This document shows, piece after piece, positions 1 to 15,900 of a DNA stretch of 64,000 bases. The notes beneath the pieces are model-generated. The model ran no database searches, was not told the DNA's origin, and saw nothing but the letters and a program-made list of their open reading frames with translations. Source of the stretch: Eledone cirrhosa (taxonomy: Eukaryota). Made by a program: the position numbers and the translations under genes. Location: assembly GCA_964016885.1 (NCBI GenBank), contig OZ024743.1, positions 244,714,001 to 244,778,000 on the forward strand. The letters are read 5' to 3'. Every line of letters starts with the position of its first letter. Position 1 is the first letter of the stretch.

Positions 1-3000
1 AACCCCACCAGCACCACTACCGCCAATACCACGAGCACCACTACCTCCAACACCACCAGCACCACTACTGCCAATACCACCAGCACCACTACCTCCAACA
101 CCACCAGCACCACTACCGCCAATACCACCAGCACCACTACCTCCAATACCACCAGCACCACTACCTCCAACACCACCAGCACCACTACCGCCAATACCAC
201 CAGCACCACTACCTCCAACACCACCAGCACCACTACCGCCACTACCACCAGCACCACTACCGCCAATACCACCAGCACCAACACCACCAGCACCACTACC
301 GCCAACACCACCAGCACCACTACTGCCAACACCACCAGCACCACTACCGTCAACACCACCAGCACCACTACCGCCAATACCACCAGCACCACTACCTCCA
401 ACACCACCAGCACCACTACCGCCACTACCACCAGCAGCACTACCTCCAATACCACCAGCACCACTACCACCAGCACCACCAGCACCACTACCTCCAACAC
501 CACCAGCACCACTACCGCCAACACCACCAGCACCACTACCTCCAACACCACCAGCACCACTACCGCCAACACCACCAGCACCACTACCACCAGCACCACT
601 ACCGCCAATACCACCAGCACCACCAGCACCACTACCACCAGCACCACTACCGCCAACACCACCAGCACAACTACCGCCACTACCACCAGCACCACTACCT
701 CCAACACCACCAGCACCACTACCGCCAACACCACCAGCACCACTACCGCCACTACCACCAGCACCACTACCACCAGCACCACCAGCACCAGTACCGCCAA
801 TACCACCAGCACCACTACCGCCAATACCACCAGCACCACTACCGCCAATACCACCAGCACCACTACCGACAACACCACCAGCACCACTACCGCCAACACC
901 ACCAGCACCACTACCGCCAATACCACCAGCACCACTACCACCAGCACCACTACCGCCAACACCACCAGCACCACTACCGCCAACACCACCAGCACCACTA
1001 CCGCCAATACCACCAGCACCACTACCACCAGCACCACCAGCACCACTACCGCCAATACCACCAGCACCACTACCGCCAATACCACCAGCACCACTACCAC
1101 CAGCACCACTACCGCCAACACCACCAGCACCACTACCGCCAATACCACCAGCACCACTACCACCAGCACCACTACCGCCAACACCACCAGCACCACTACC
1201 GCCAACACCACCAGCGCCACTACCGCCAATACCACCAGCACCACTACCACCAGCACCACTACCGCCAACACCACCAGCACCACTACCGCCACTACCACCA
1301 GCACCACTACCTCCAACACCACCAGCACCACTACCGCCAACACCACCAGCACCACTACCGCCAACACCACCAGCACCACTACCGCCAACACCACCAGCAC
1401 CACTACCGCCAATACCACCAGCACCACTACCACCAGCACCACTACCGCCAACACCACCAGCACCACTACCGCCAATACCACCAGCACCACTACCACCAGC
1501 ACCACTACCGCCAACACCACCAGCACCACTACCGCCAACACCACCAGCGCCACTACCGCCAATACCACCAGCACCACTACCACCAGCACCACTACCGCCA
1601 ACACCACCAGCACCACTACCGCCACTACCACCAGCACCACTACCTCCAACACCACCAGCACCACTACCGCCAACACCACCAGCACCACTACCGCCAACAC
1701 CACCAGCACCACTACCGCCAACACCACCAGCGCCACTACCGCCAATACCACCAGCACCACTACCACCAGCACCACTACCTCCAACACCACCAGCACCACT
1801 ACCGCCAACACCACCAGCACCACTACCGCCAACACCACCAGCACCACTACCGCCAACACCACCAGCACCACTACCGCCAATACCACCAGCACCACTACCA
1901 CCAGCACCACTACCGCCAACACCACCAGCACCACTACCGCCAACACCATCAGCACCACTACCGCCAACACCACCAGCACCACTACCGCCAATACCACCAG
2001 CACCACTACCACCAGCACCACTACCGCCACTACCACCAGCACCACTACCTCCAACACCACCAGCACCACTACCGCCAACACCACCAGCACCACTACCGCC
2101 AACACCACCAGCACCACTACCGCCAACACCACCAGCACCACTACCGCCAATACCACCAGCACCACTACCACCAGCACCACTACCGCCAACACCACCAGCA
2201 CCACTACCGCCAACACCACCAGCACCACTACCGCCAACACCACCAGCACCACTACCGCCAACACCACCAGCACCACTACCGCCAATACCACCAGCACCAC
2301 TACCACCAGCACCACTACCGCCAACACCAACAGCACCACTACCGCAAACACCACCAGCACCACTACCGCCAACACCACCAGCACCACTACCGCCAATACC
2401 ACCAGCACCACTACCACCAGCACCACTACCGCCAACACCACCAGCACCACAACCGCCAACACCACCAGCACCACTACCGCCAACACCACCAGCACCACTA
2501 CCGCCAACACCACCAGCACCACTACCGCCAACACCACCAGCACCACTACCGCCAATACCACCAGCACCACTACCTCCAACACCACCAGCACCACTACCGC
2601 CAATACCACCAGCACCACTACCACCAGCACCACTACCGCCAACACCACCAGCACCACTACCGCCAATACCACCAGCACCACTACCGCCAACACCACCAGC
2701 ACCACTACCTCCAACACCACCAGCACCACTACCGCCAATACCACCAGCACCACTACCGCCAACACGACCAGCACCACTACCGCCAACACCACCAGCACCA
2801 CTACCGCCAATACCACCAGCACCACTACCGCCAATACCACCAGCACCACTACCACCAGCACCACTACCGCCAACACCACCAGCACCACTACCGCCAATAC
2901 CACCAGCACCACTACCGCCAACACCACCAGCACCACTACCTCCAATACCACCAGCACCACTACCGCCAACACCACCAGCACCACTACCTCCAACACCACC

Positions 3001-3964
3001 AGCACCACTACCGCCAACACCACCAGCACCACTACCGCCAACACCACCAGCACCACTACCTCCAATACCACCAGCACCACTACCGCCAACACCACCAGCA
3101 CCACTACCGCCAATACCACCAGCACCACTACCGCCAACACCACCAGCACCACTACCTCCAACACCACCAGCACCACTACCGCCAATACCACCATCACCAC
3201 TACCGCCAACACCACCAGCACCACTACCTCCAATACCACCAGCACCACTACCGCCAACACCACCAGCACCACTACCGCCAATACCACCAGCACCACTACC
3301 ACCAGCACCACTACCGCCAACACCACCAGCACCACTACCTCCAACACCACCAGCGCCACTACCACCAGCACCACTACCGCCAATACCACCAGCACCACTA
3401 CCACCAGCACCACTACTGCCAACACCACCAGCACCACTACCGCCAATACCACCAGCACCACTACCGCCAACACCACCAGCACCACTACCTCCAACACCAC
3501 CAGCACCACTACCGCCAACACCACCAGCACCACTACCGCCAACAGCACCAGCACCACTACCTCCAATACCACCAGCACCACTACCGCCAACACCACCAGC
3601 ACCACTACCGCCAACACCACCAGCACCACTACCGCCAACACCACCAGCACCACTACCTCCAACACCACCAGCACCACTACTGCCAACACCACCAGCACCA
3701 CTACTGCCAACACCACCAGCACCACTACTGCCAACACCACCAGCACCACTACCGCCAACACCACCAGCACCACTACCTCCAACACCACCAGCACCACTAC
3801 CGCCAATACCACCAGCACCACTACCTCCAACACCACCAGCACCACTACCTCCAACACCACCAGCACCACTACCTCCAACACCACCAGCACCACTACCTCC
3901 AACACCACCAGCACCACTACCGCCAACACCACCAGCACCACTACCGCCAATACCACCAGCACCA

Positions 3965-6900
3965 CTACTGCCAACACCACCAGCACACCACTACCTCCAA
4001 TACCACCAGCACCACTACCGCCAATACCACCAGCACCACTACTGCCAACACCACCAGCACCACTACCTCCAACACCACCAGCACCACTACCTCCAACACC
4101 ACCAGCACCACTACTGCCAACACCACCAGCACCACTACCGCCAACACCACCAGCACCACTACCGCCAACACCACCAGCACCACTACCGCCAACACCACCA
4201 GCACCACTACCGCCAACACCATCAGCACCACTACCTCCAACACCACCAGCACCACTACCTCCAATACCACCAGCACCACTACCACCACTACCTCCAACAC
4301 CACCAGCACCACTACCTCCAACACCACCAGCACCACTACCTCCAATACCACCAGCACCACTACCGCCAACACCACCAGCACCACTACTGCCACTACCACC
4401 AGCACCACTACCTCCAACACCACCAGCACCACTACCGCCAATACCACCAGCACCACTACCGCCAACACCACCAGCACCACTACCTCCAATACCACCAGCA
4501 CCACTACCTCCAACACCACCAGCACCACTACCGCCAATACCACCAGCACCACTACTGACAACACCACCAGCACCACTACCTCCAACATCACCAGCACCAC
4601 TACCGCCAACACCACCAGCACCACTACCTCCAATACCACCAGCACCACTACCTCCAATACCACCAGCACCACTACCGCCAACACCACCAGCACCACTACC
4701 TCCAACACCACCAGCACCACTACCGCCAATACCACCAGCACCACTACCTCCAACACCACCAGCACCACTACCTCCAATACCACCAGCACCACTACCTCCA
4801 ATACCACCAGCACCACTACCGCCAATACCACCAGCACCACTACCTCCAATACCACCAGCACCACTACCTCCAATACCACCAGCACCACTACCGCCAACAC
4901 CACCAGCACCACTACCTCCAATACCACCAGCACCACTACCTCCAATACCACCAGCACCACTACCTCCAATACCACCAGCACCACTACCGCCAACACCACC
5001 AGCACCACTACCTCCAATACCACCAGCACCACTACCTCCAATACCACCAGCACCACTACCTCCAATACCACCAGCACCACTACCGCCAACACCACCAGCA
5101 CCACTACCTCCAACACCACCAGCACCACTACCGCCAATACCACCAGCACCACTACTGACAACACCACCAGCACCACTACCGCCAACACCACCAGCACCAC
5201 TACCTCCAACACCACCAGCACCACTACCGCCAATACCACCAGCACCACTACTGACAACACCACCAGCACCACTACCGCCAACACCACCAGCACCACTACC
5301 TCCAACACCACCAGCACCACTACCGCCAATACCACCAGCACCACTACTGACAACACCACCAGCACCACTACCGCCAACACCACCAGCACCACTACCTCCA
5401 ACACCACCAGCACCACTACCTCCAATACCACCAGCACCACTACCGCCAATACCACCAGCACCACTACCGCCAACACCACCAGCACCACTACCGCCAACAC
5501 CACCTGCACCACTACCGCCAACACCACCAGCACCACTACCGCCAACACCACCAGCACCACTACCGCCAACACCACCAGCACCACTACCTCCAACACCACC
5601 AGCACCACTACCTCCAATACCACCAGCACCACTACCGCCAACACCACCAGCACACTACCGCCAACACCACCAGCACCACTACCGCCACTACCACCAGCAC
5701 CACTACCGCCAACACCACCAGCACTACTACCTCCAATACCACCAGCACCACTACCGCCAACACCACCAGCACCACTACCGCCACTACCACCAGCACCACT
5801 ACCGCCAACACCACCAGCACTACTACCTCCAATACCACCAGCACCACTACCGCCAACACCACCAGCACCACTACCGCCAACACCACCAGCACCACTACCG
5901 CCACTACCACCAGCACCACTACCGCCAACACCACCAGCACTACTACCTCCAATACCACCAGCACCACTACCTCCAACACCACCAGCACCACTACCTCCAA
6001 TACCACCAGCACCACTACCGCCAACACCACCAGCACCACTACCTCCACTACCACCAGCACCACTACCTCCACTACCACCAGCACCACTACCTCCAATACC
6101 ACCAGCACCACTACCGCCAACACCACCAGCACCACTACCGCCAACACCACCAGCACCACTACCTCCAACACCACCAGCACCACTACTGCCAATACCACCA
6201 GCACCACTACCTCCAACACCACCAGCACCACTACCGCCAATACCACCAGCACCACTACCTCCAATACCACCAGCACCACTACCTCCAACACCACCAGCAC
6301 CACTACCGCCAATACCACCAGCACCACTACCTCCAACACCACCAGCACCACTACCGCCACTACCACCAGCACCACTACCGCCAATACCACCAGCACCACT
6401 ACCGCCAATACCACCAGCACCACTACCGCCAACACCACCAGCACCACTACCGCCAATACCACCAGCACCACTACCGCCAACACCACCAGCACCACTACCT
6501 CCAACACCACTAGCACCACTACCGCCAACACCACTACCACCACTACCGCCAACACCACCAGCACCACTACCGCCAACACCACCAGCACCACTACTGCCAC
6601 TACCACCAGCACCACTACCTCCAACACCATTAGCACCACTACCGCCACTACCACCAGCACCACTACCGCCAATACCACCAGCACCACTACCGCCAATACC
6701 ACCAGCACCACTACCTCCAACACCACAAGCACCACTACTGCCAACACCACCAGCACCACTACCGCCAATACCACCAGCACCACTACCGCCAATACCACGA
6801 GCACCACTACCTCCAACACCACCAGCACCACTACTGCCAACACCACCAGCACCACTACCGCCAATACCACCAGCACCACTACCGCCAATACCACCAGCAC

Positions 6901-9900
6901 CACTACCTCCAACACCACAAGCACCACTACTGCCAACACCACCAGCACCACTACCGCCAACACCACCAGCACCACTACCGCCAATACCACCAGCACCACT
7001 ACCTCCAACACCACCAGCACCACTACCTCCAACACCACCAGCACCACTACCGCCAACACCACCAGCACCACTACCGCCAATACCACCAGCACCACTACCT
7101 CCAACACCACCAGCACCACTACTGCCAACACCACCAGCACCACTACCGCCAACACCACCAGCACCACTACCTCCAACCCCACCAGCACCACTACCGCCAA
7201 TACCACGAGCACCACTACCTCCAACACCACCAGCACCACTACTGCCAATACCACCAGCACCACTACCTCCAACACCACCAGCACCACTACCGCCAATACC
7301 ACCAGCACCACTACCTCCAATACCACCAGCACCACTACCTCCAACACCACCAGCACCACTACCGCCAATACCACCAGCACCACTACCTCCAACACCACCA
7401 GCACCACTACCGCCACTACCACCAGCACCACTACCGCCAATACCACCAGCACCAACACCACCAGCACCACTACCGCCAACACCACCAGCACCACTACTGC
7501 CAACACCACCAGCACCACTACCGTCAACACCACCAGCACCACTACCGCCAATACCACCAGCACCACTACCTCCAACACCACCAGCACCACTACCGCCACT
7601 ACCACCAGCAGCACTACCTCCAATACCACCAGCACCACTACCACCAGCACCACCAGCACCACTACCTCCAACACCACCTGCACCACTACCGCCAACACCA
7701 CCAGCACCACTACCTCCAACACCACCAGCACCACTACCGCCAACACCACCAGCACCACTACCACCAGCACCACTACCGCCAATACCACCAGCACCACCAG
7801 CACCACTACCACCAGCACCACTACCGCCAACACCACCAGCACAACTACCGCCACTACCACCAGCACCACTACCTCCAACACCACCAGCACCACTACCGCC
7901 AACACCACCAGCACCACTACCGCCACTACCACCAGCACCACTACCACCAGCACCACCAGCACCAGTACCGCCAATACCACCAGCACCACTACCGCCAATA
8001 CCACCAGCACCACTACCGCCAATACCACCAGCACCACTACCGACAACACCACCAGCACCACTACCGCCAACACCACCAGCACCACTACCGCCAATACCAC
8101 CAGCACCACTACCACCAGCACCACTACCGCCAACACCACCAGCACCACTACCGCCAACACCACCAGCACCACTACCGCCAATACCACCAGCACCACTACC
8201 ACCAGCACCACCAGCACCACTACCGCCAATACCACCAGCACCACTACCGCCAATACCACCAGCACCACTACCACCAGCACCACTACCGCCAACACCACCA
8301 GCACCACTACCGCCAATACCACCAGCACCACTACCACCAGCACCACTACCGCCAACACCACCAGCACCACTACCGCCAACACCACCAGCGCCACTACCGC
8401 CAATACCACCAGCACCACTACCACCAGCACCACTACCGCCAACACCACCAGCACCACTACCGCCACTACCACCAGCACCACTACCTCCAACACCACCAGC
8501 ACCACTACCGCCAACACCACCAGCACCACTACCGCCAACACCACCAGCACCACTACCGCCAACACCACCAGCACCACTACCGCCAATACCACCAGCACCA
8601 CTACCACCAGCACCACTACCGCCAACACCACCAGCACCACTACCGCCAATACCACCAGCACCACTACCACCAGCACCACTACCGCCAACACCACCAGCAC
8701 CACTACCGCCAACACCACCAGCGCCACTACCGCCAATACCACCAGCACCACTACCACCAGCACCACTACCGCCAACACCACCAGCACCACTACCGCCACT
8801 ACCACCAGCACCACTACCTCCAACACCACCAGCACCACTACCGCCAACACCACCAGCACCACTACCGCCAACACCACCAGCACCACTACCGCCAACACCA
8901 CCAGCACCACTACCGCCAATACCACCAGCACCACTACCACCAGCACCACTACCGCCAACACCACCAGCACCACTACCGCCAATACCACCAGCACCACTAC
9001 CACCAGCACCACTACCGCCAACACCACCAGCACCACTACCGCCAACACCACCAGCGCCACTACCGCCAATACCACCAGCACCACTACCACCAGCACCACT
9101 ACCGCCAACACCACCAGCACCACTACCGCCACTACCACCAGCACCACTACCTCCAACACCACCAGCACCACTACCGCCAACACCACCAGCACCACTACCG
9201 CCAACACCACCAGCACCACTACCGCCAACACCACCAGCGCCACTACCGCCAATACCACCAGCACCACTACCACCAACACCACTACCTCCAACACCACCAG
9301 CACCACTACCGCCAACACCACCAGCACCACTACCGCCAACACCACCAGCACCACTACCGCCAACACCACCAGCACCACTACCGCCAATACCACCAGCACC
9401 ACTACCACCAGCACCACTACCGCCAACACCACCAGCACCACTACCGCCAACACCATCAGCACCACTACCGCCAACACCACCAGCACCACTACCGCCAATA
9501 CCACCAGCACCACTACCACCAGCACCACTACCGCCACTACCACCAGCACCACTACCTCCAACACCACCAGCACCACTACCGCCAACACCACCAGCACCAC
9601 TACCGCCAACACCACCAGCACCACTACCGCCAACACCACCAGCACCACTACCGCCAATACCACCAGCACCACTACCACCAGCACCACTACCGCCAACACC
9701 ACCAGCACCACTACCGCCAACACCACCAGCACCACTACCGCCAACACCACCAGCACCACTACCGCCAACACCACCAGCACCACTACCGCCAATACCACCA
9801 GCACCACTACCACCAGCACCACTACCGCCAACACCAACAGCACCACTACCGCAAACACCACCAGCACCACTACCGCCAACACCACCAGCACCACTACCGC

Positions 9901-12900
9901 CAATACCACCAGCACCACTACCACCAGCACCACTACCGCCAACACCACCAGCACCACAACCGCCAACACCACCAGCACCACTACCGCCAACACCACCAGC
10001 ACCACTACCGCCAACACCACCAGCACCACTACCGCCAACACCACCAGCACCACTACCGCCAATACCACCAGCACCACTACCTCCAACACCACCAGCACCA
10101 CTACCGCCAATACCACCAGCACCACTACCACCAGCACCACTACCGCCAACACCACCAGCACCACTACCGCCAATACCACCAGCACCACTACCGCCAACAC
10201 CACCAGCACCACTACCTCCAACACCACCAGCACCACTACCGCCAATACCACCAGCACCACTACCGCCAACACCACCAGCACCACTACCGCCAACACCACC
10301 AGCACCACTACCGCCAATACCACCAGCACCACTACCGCCAATACCACCAGCACCACTACCACCAGCACCACTACCGCCAACACCACCAGCACCACTACCG
10401 CCAATACCACCAGCACCACTACCGCCAACACCACCAGCACCACTACCTCCAATACCACCAGCACCACTACCGCCAACACCACCAGCACCACTACCTCCAA
10501 CACCACCAGCACCACTACCGCCAACACCACCAGCACCACTACCGCCAACACCACCAGCACCACTACCTCCAATACCACCAGCACCACTACCGCCAACACC
10601 ACCAGCACCACTACCGCCAATACCACCAGCACCACTACCGCCAACACCACCAGCACCACTACCTCCAACACCACCAGCACCACTACCGCCAATACCACCA
10701 TCACCACTACCGCCAACACCACCAGCACCACTACCTCCAATACCACCAGCACCACTACCGCCAACACCACCAGCACCACTACCGCCAATACCACCAGCAC
10801 CACTACCACCAGCACCACTACCGCCAACACCACCAGCACCACTACCTCCAACACCACCAGCGCCACTACCACCAGCACCACTACCGCCAATACCACCAGC
10901 ACCACTACCACCAGCACCACTACTGCCAACACCACCAGCACCACTACCGCCAATACCACCAGCACCACTACCGCCAACACCACCAGCACCACTACCTCCA
11001 ACACCACCAGCACCACTACCGCCAACACCACCAGCACCACTACCGCCAACACCACCAGCACCACTACCTCCAATACCACCAGCACCACTACCGCCAACAC
11101 CACCAGCACCACTACCGCCAACACCACCAGCACCACTACCGCCAACACCACCAGCACCACTACCTCCAACACCACCAGCACCACTACTGCCAACACCACC
11201 AGCACCACTACTGCCAACACCACCAGCACCACTACTGCCAACACCACCAGCACCACTACCGCCAACACCACCAGCACCACTACCTCCAACACCACCAGCA
11301 CCACTACCGCCAATACCACCAGCACCACTACCTCCAACACCACCAGCACCACTACCTCCAACACCACCAGCACCACTACCTCCAACACCACCAGCACCAC
11401 TACCTCCAACACCACCAGCACCACTACCGCCAACACCACCAGCACCACTACCGCCAATACCACCAGCACCACTACTGCCAACACCACCAGCACACCACTA
11501 CCTCCAATACCACCAGCACCACTACCGCCAATACCACCAGCACCACTACTGCCAACACCACCAGCACCACTACCTCCAACACCACCAGCACCACTACCTC
11601 CAACACCACCAGCACCACTACTGCCAACACCACCAGCACCACTACCGCCAACACCACCAGCACCACTACCGCCAACACCACCAGCACCACTACCGCCAAC
11701 ACCACCAGCACCACTACCGCCAACACCATCAGCACCACTACCTCCAACACCACCAGCACCACTACCTCCAATACCACCAGCACCACTACCACCACTACCT
11801 CCAACACCACCAGCACCACTACCTCCAACACCACCAGCACCACTACCTCCAATACCACCAGCACCACTACCGCCAACACCACCAGCACCACTACTGCCAC
11901 TACCACCAGCACCACAACCTCCAACACCACCAGCACCACTACCGCCAATACCACCAGCACCACTACCGCCAACACCACCAGCACCACTACCTCCAATACC
12001 ACCAGCACCACTACCTCCAACACCACCAGCACCACTACCGCCAATACCACCAGCACCACTACTGACAACACCACCAGCACCACTACCTCCAACATCACCA
12101 GCACCACTACCGCCAACACCACCAGCACCACTACCTCCAATACCACCAGCACCACTACCTCCAATACCACCAGCACCACTACCGCCAACACCACCAGCAC
12201 CACTACCTCCAACACCACCAGCACCACTACCGCCAATACCACCAGCACCACTACCTCCAACACCACCAGCACCACTACCTCCAATACCACCAGCACCACT
12301 ACCTCCAATACCACCAGCACCACTACCGCCAATACCACCAGCACCACTACCTCCAATACCACCAGCACCACTACCTCCAATACCACCAGCACCACTACCG
12401 CCAACACCACCAGCACCACTACCTCCAATACCACCAGCACCACTACCTCCAATACCACCAGCACCACTACCTCCAATACCACCAGCACCACTACCGCCAA
12501 CACCACCAGCACCACTACCTCCAATACCACCAGCACCACTACCTCCAATACCACCAGCACCACTACCTCCAATACCACCAGCACCACTACCGCCAACACC
12601 ACCAGCACCACTACCTCCAACACCACCAGCACCACTACCGCCAATACCACCAGCACCACTACTGACAACACCACCAGCACCACTACCGCCAACACCACCA
12701 GCACCACTACCTCCAACACCACCAGCACCACTACCTCCAACACCACCAGCACCACTACCGCCAACACCACCAGCACCACTACCGCCAATACCACCAGCAC
12801 CACTACTGCCAACACCACCAGCACACCACTACCTCCAATACCACCAGCACCACTACCGCCAATACCACCAGCACCACTACTGCCAACACCACCAGCACCA

Positions 12901-15900
12901 CTACCTCCAACACCACCAGCACCACTACCTCCAACACCACCAGCACCACTACTGCCAACACCACCAGCACCACTACCGCCAACACCACCAGCACCACTAC
13001 CGCCAACACCACCAGCACCACTACCGCCAACACCACCAGCACCACTACCGCCAACACCATCAGCACCACTACCTCCAACACCACCAGCACCACTACCTCC
13101 AATACCACCAGCACCACTACCACCACTACCTCCAACACCACCAGCACCACTACCTCCAACACCACCAGCACCACTACCTCCAATACCACCAGCACCACTA
13201 CCGCCAACACCACCAGCACCACTACTGCCACTACCACCAGCACCACAACCTCCAACACCACCAGCACCACTACCGCCAATACCACCAGCACCACTACCGC
13301 CAACACCACCAGCACCACTACCTCCAATACCACCAGCACCACTTCCTCCAACACCACCAGCACCACTACCGCCAATACCACCAGCACCACTACTGACAAC
13401 ACCACCAGCACCACTACCTCCAACATCACCAGCACCACTACCGCCAACACCACCAGCACCACTACCTCCAATACCACCAGCACCACTACCTCCAATACCA
13501 CCAGCACCACTACCGCCAACACCACCAGCACCACTACCTCCAACACCACCAGCACCACTACCGCCAATACCACCAGCACCACTACCTCCAACACCACCAG
13601 CACCACTACCTCCAATACCACCAGCACCACTACCTCCAATACCACCAGCACCACTACCGCCAATACCACCAGCACCACTACCTCCAATACCACCAGCACC
13701 ACTACCTCCAATACCACCAGCACCACTACCGCCAACACCACCAGCACCACTACCTCCAATACCACCAGCACCACTACCTCCAATACCACCAGCACCACTA
13801 CCTCCAATACCACCAGCACCACTACCGCCAACACCACCAGCACCACTACCTCCAATACCACCAGCACCACTACCTCCAATACCACCAGCACCACTACCTC
13901 CAATACCACCAGCACCACTACCGCCAACACCACCAGCACCACTACCTCCAACACCACCAGCACCACTACCGCCAATACCACCAGCACCACTACTGACAAC
14001 ACCACCAGCACCACTACCGCCAACACCACCAGCACCACTACCTCCAACACCACCAGCACCACTACCGCCAATACCACCAGCACCACTACTGACAACACCA
14101 CCAGCACCACTACCGCCAACACCACCAGCACCACTACCTCCAACACCACCAGCACCACTACCGCCAATACCACCAGCACCACTACTGACAACACCACCAG
14201 CACCACTACCGCCAACACCACCAGCACCACTACCTCCAACACCACCAGCACCACTACCTCCAATACCACCAGCACCACTACCGCCAATACCACCAGCACC
14301 ACTACCGCCAACACCACCAGCACCACTACCGCCAACACCACCTGCACCACTACCGCCAACACCACCAGCACCACTACCGCCAACACCACCAGCACCACTA
14401 CCGCCAACACCACCAGCACCACTACCTCCAACACCACCAGCACCACTACCTCCAATACCACCAGCACCACTACCGCCAACACCACCAGCACACTACCGCC
14501 AACACCACCAGCACCACTACCGCCACTACCACCAGCACCACTACCGCCAACACCACCAGCACTACTACCTCCAATACCACCAGCACCACTACCGCCAACA
14601 CCACCAGCACCACTACCGCCACTACCACCAGCACCACTACCGCCAACACCACCAGCACTACTACCTCCAATACCACCAGCACCACTACCGCCAACACCAC
14701 CAGCACCACTACCGCCAACACCACCAGCACCACTACCGCCACTACCACCAGCACCACTACCGCCAACACCACCAGCACTACTACCTCCAATACCACCAGC
14801 ACCACTACCTCCAACACCACCAGCACCACTACCTCCAATACCACCAGCACCACTACCGCCAACACCACCAGCACCACTACCTCCACTACCACCAGCACCA
14901 CTACCTCCAATACCACCAGCACCACTACCGCCAACACCACCAGCACCACTACCGCCAACACCACCAGCACCACTACCTCCAACACCACCAGCACCACTAC
15001 TGCCAATACCACCAGCACCACTACCTCCAACACCACCAGCACCACTACCGCCAATACCACCAGCACCACTACCTCCAATACCACCAGCACCACTACCTCC
15101 AACACCACCAGCACCACTACCGCCAATACCACCAGCACCACTACCTCCAACACCACCAGCACCACTACCGCCACTACCACCAGCACCACTACCGCCAATA
15201 CCACCAGCACCACTACCGCCAATACCACCAGCACCACTACCGCCAACACCACCAGCACCACTACCGCCAATACCACCAGCACCACTACCGCCAACACCAC
15301 CAGCACCACTACCTCCAACACCACTAGCACCACTACCGCCAACACCACTACCACCACTACCGCCAACACCACCAGCACCACTACCGCCAACACCACCAGC
15401 ACCACTACTGCCACTACCACCAGCACCACTACCTCCAACACCATTAGCACCACTACCGCCACTACCACCAGCACCACTACCGCCAATACCACCAGCACCA
15501 CTACCGCCAATACCACCAGCACCACTACCTCCAACACCACAAGCACCACTACTGCCAACACCACCAGCACCACTACCGCCAATACCACCAGCACCACTAC
15601 CGCCAATACCACGAGCACCACTACCTCCAACACCACCAGCACCACTACTGCCAACACCACCAGCACCACTACCGCCAATACCACCAGCACCACTACCGCC
15701 AATACCACCAGCACCACTACCTCCAACACCACAAGCACCACTACTGCCAACACCACCAGCACCACTACCGCCAACACCACCAGCACCACTACCGCCAATA
15801 CCACCAGCACCACTACCTCCAACACCACCAGCACCACTACCTCCAACACCACCAGCACCACTACCGCCAACACCACCAGCACCACTACCGCCAATACCAC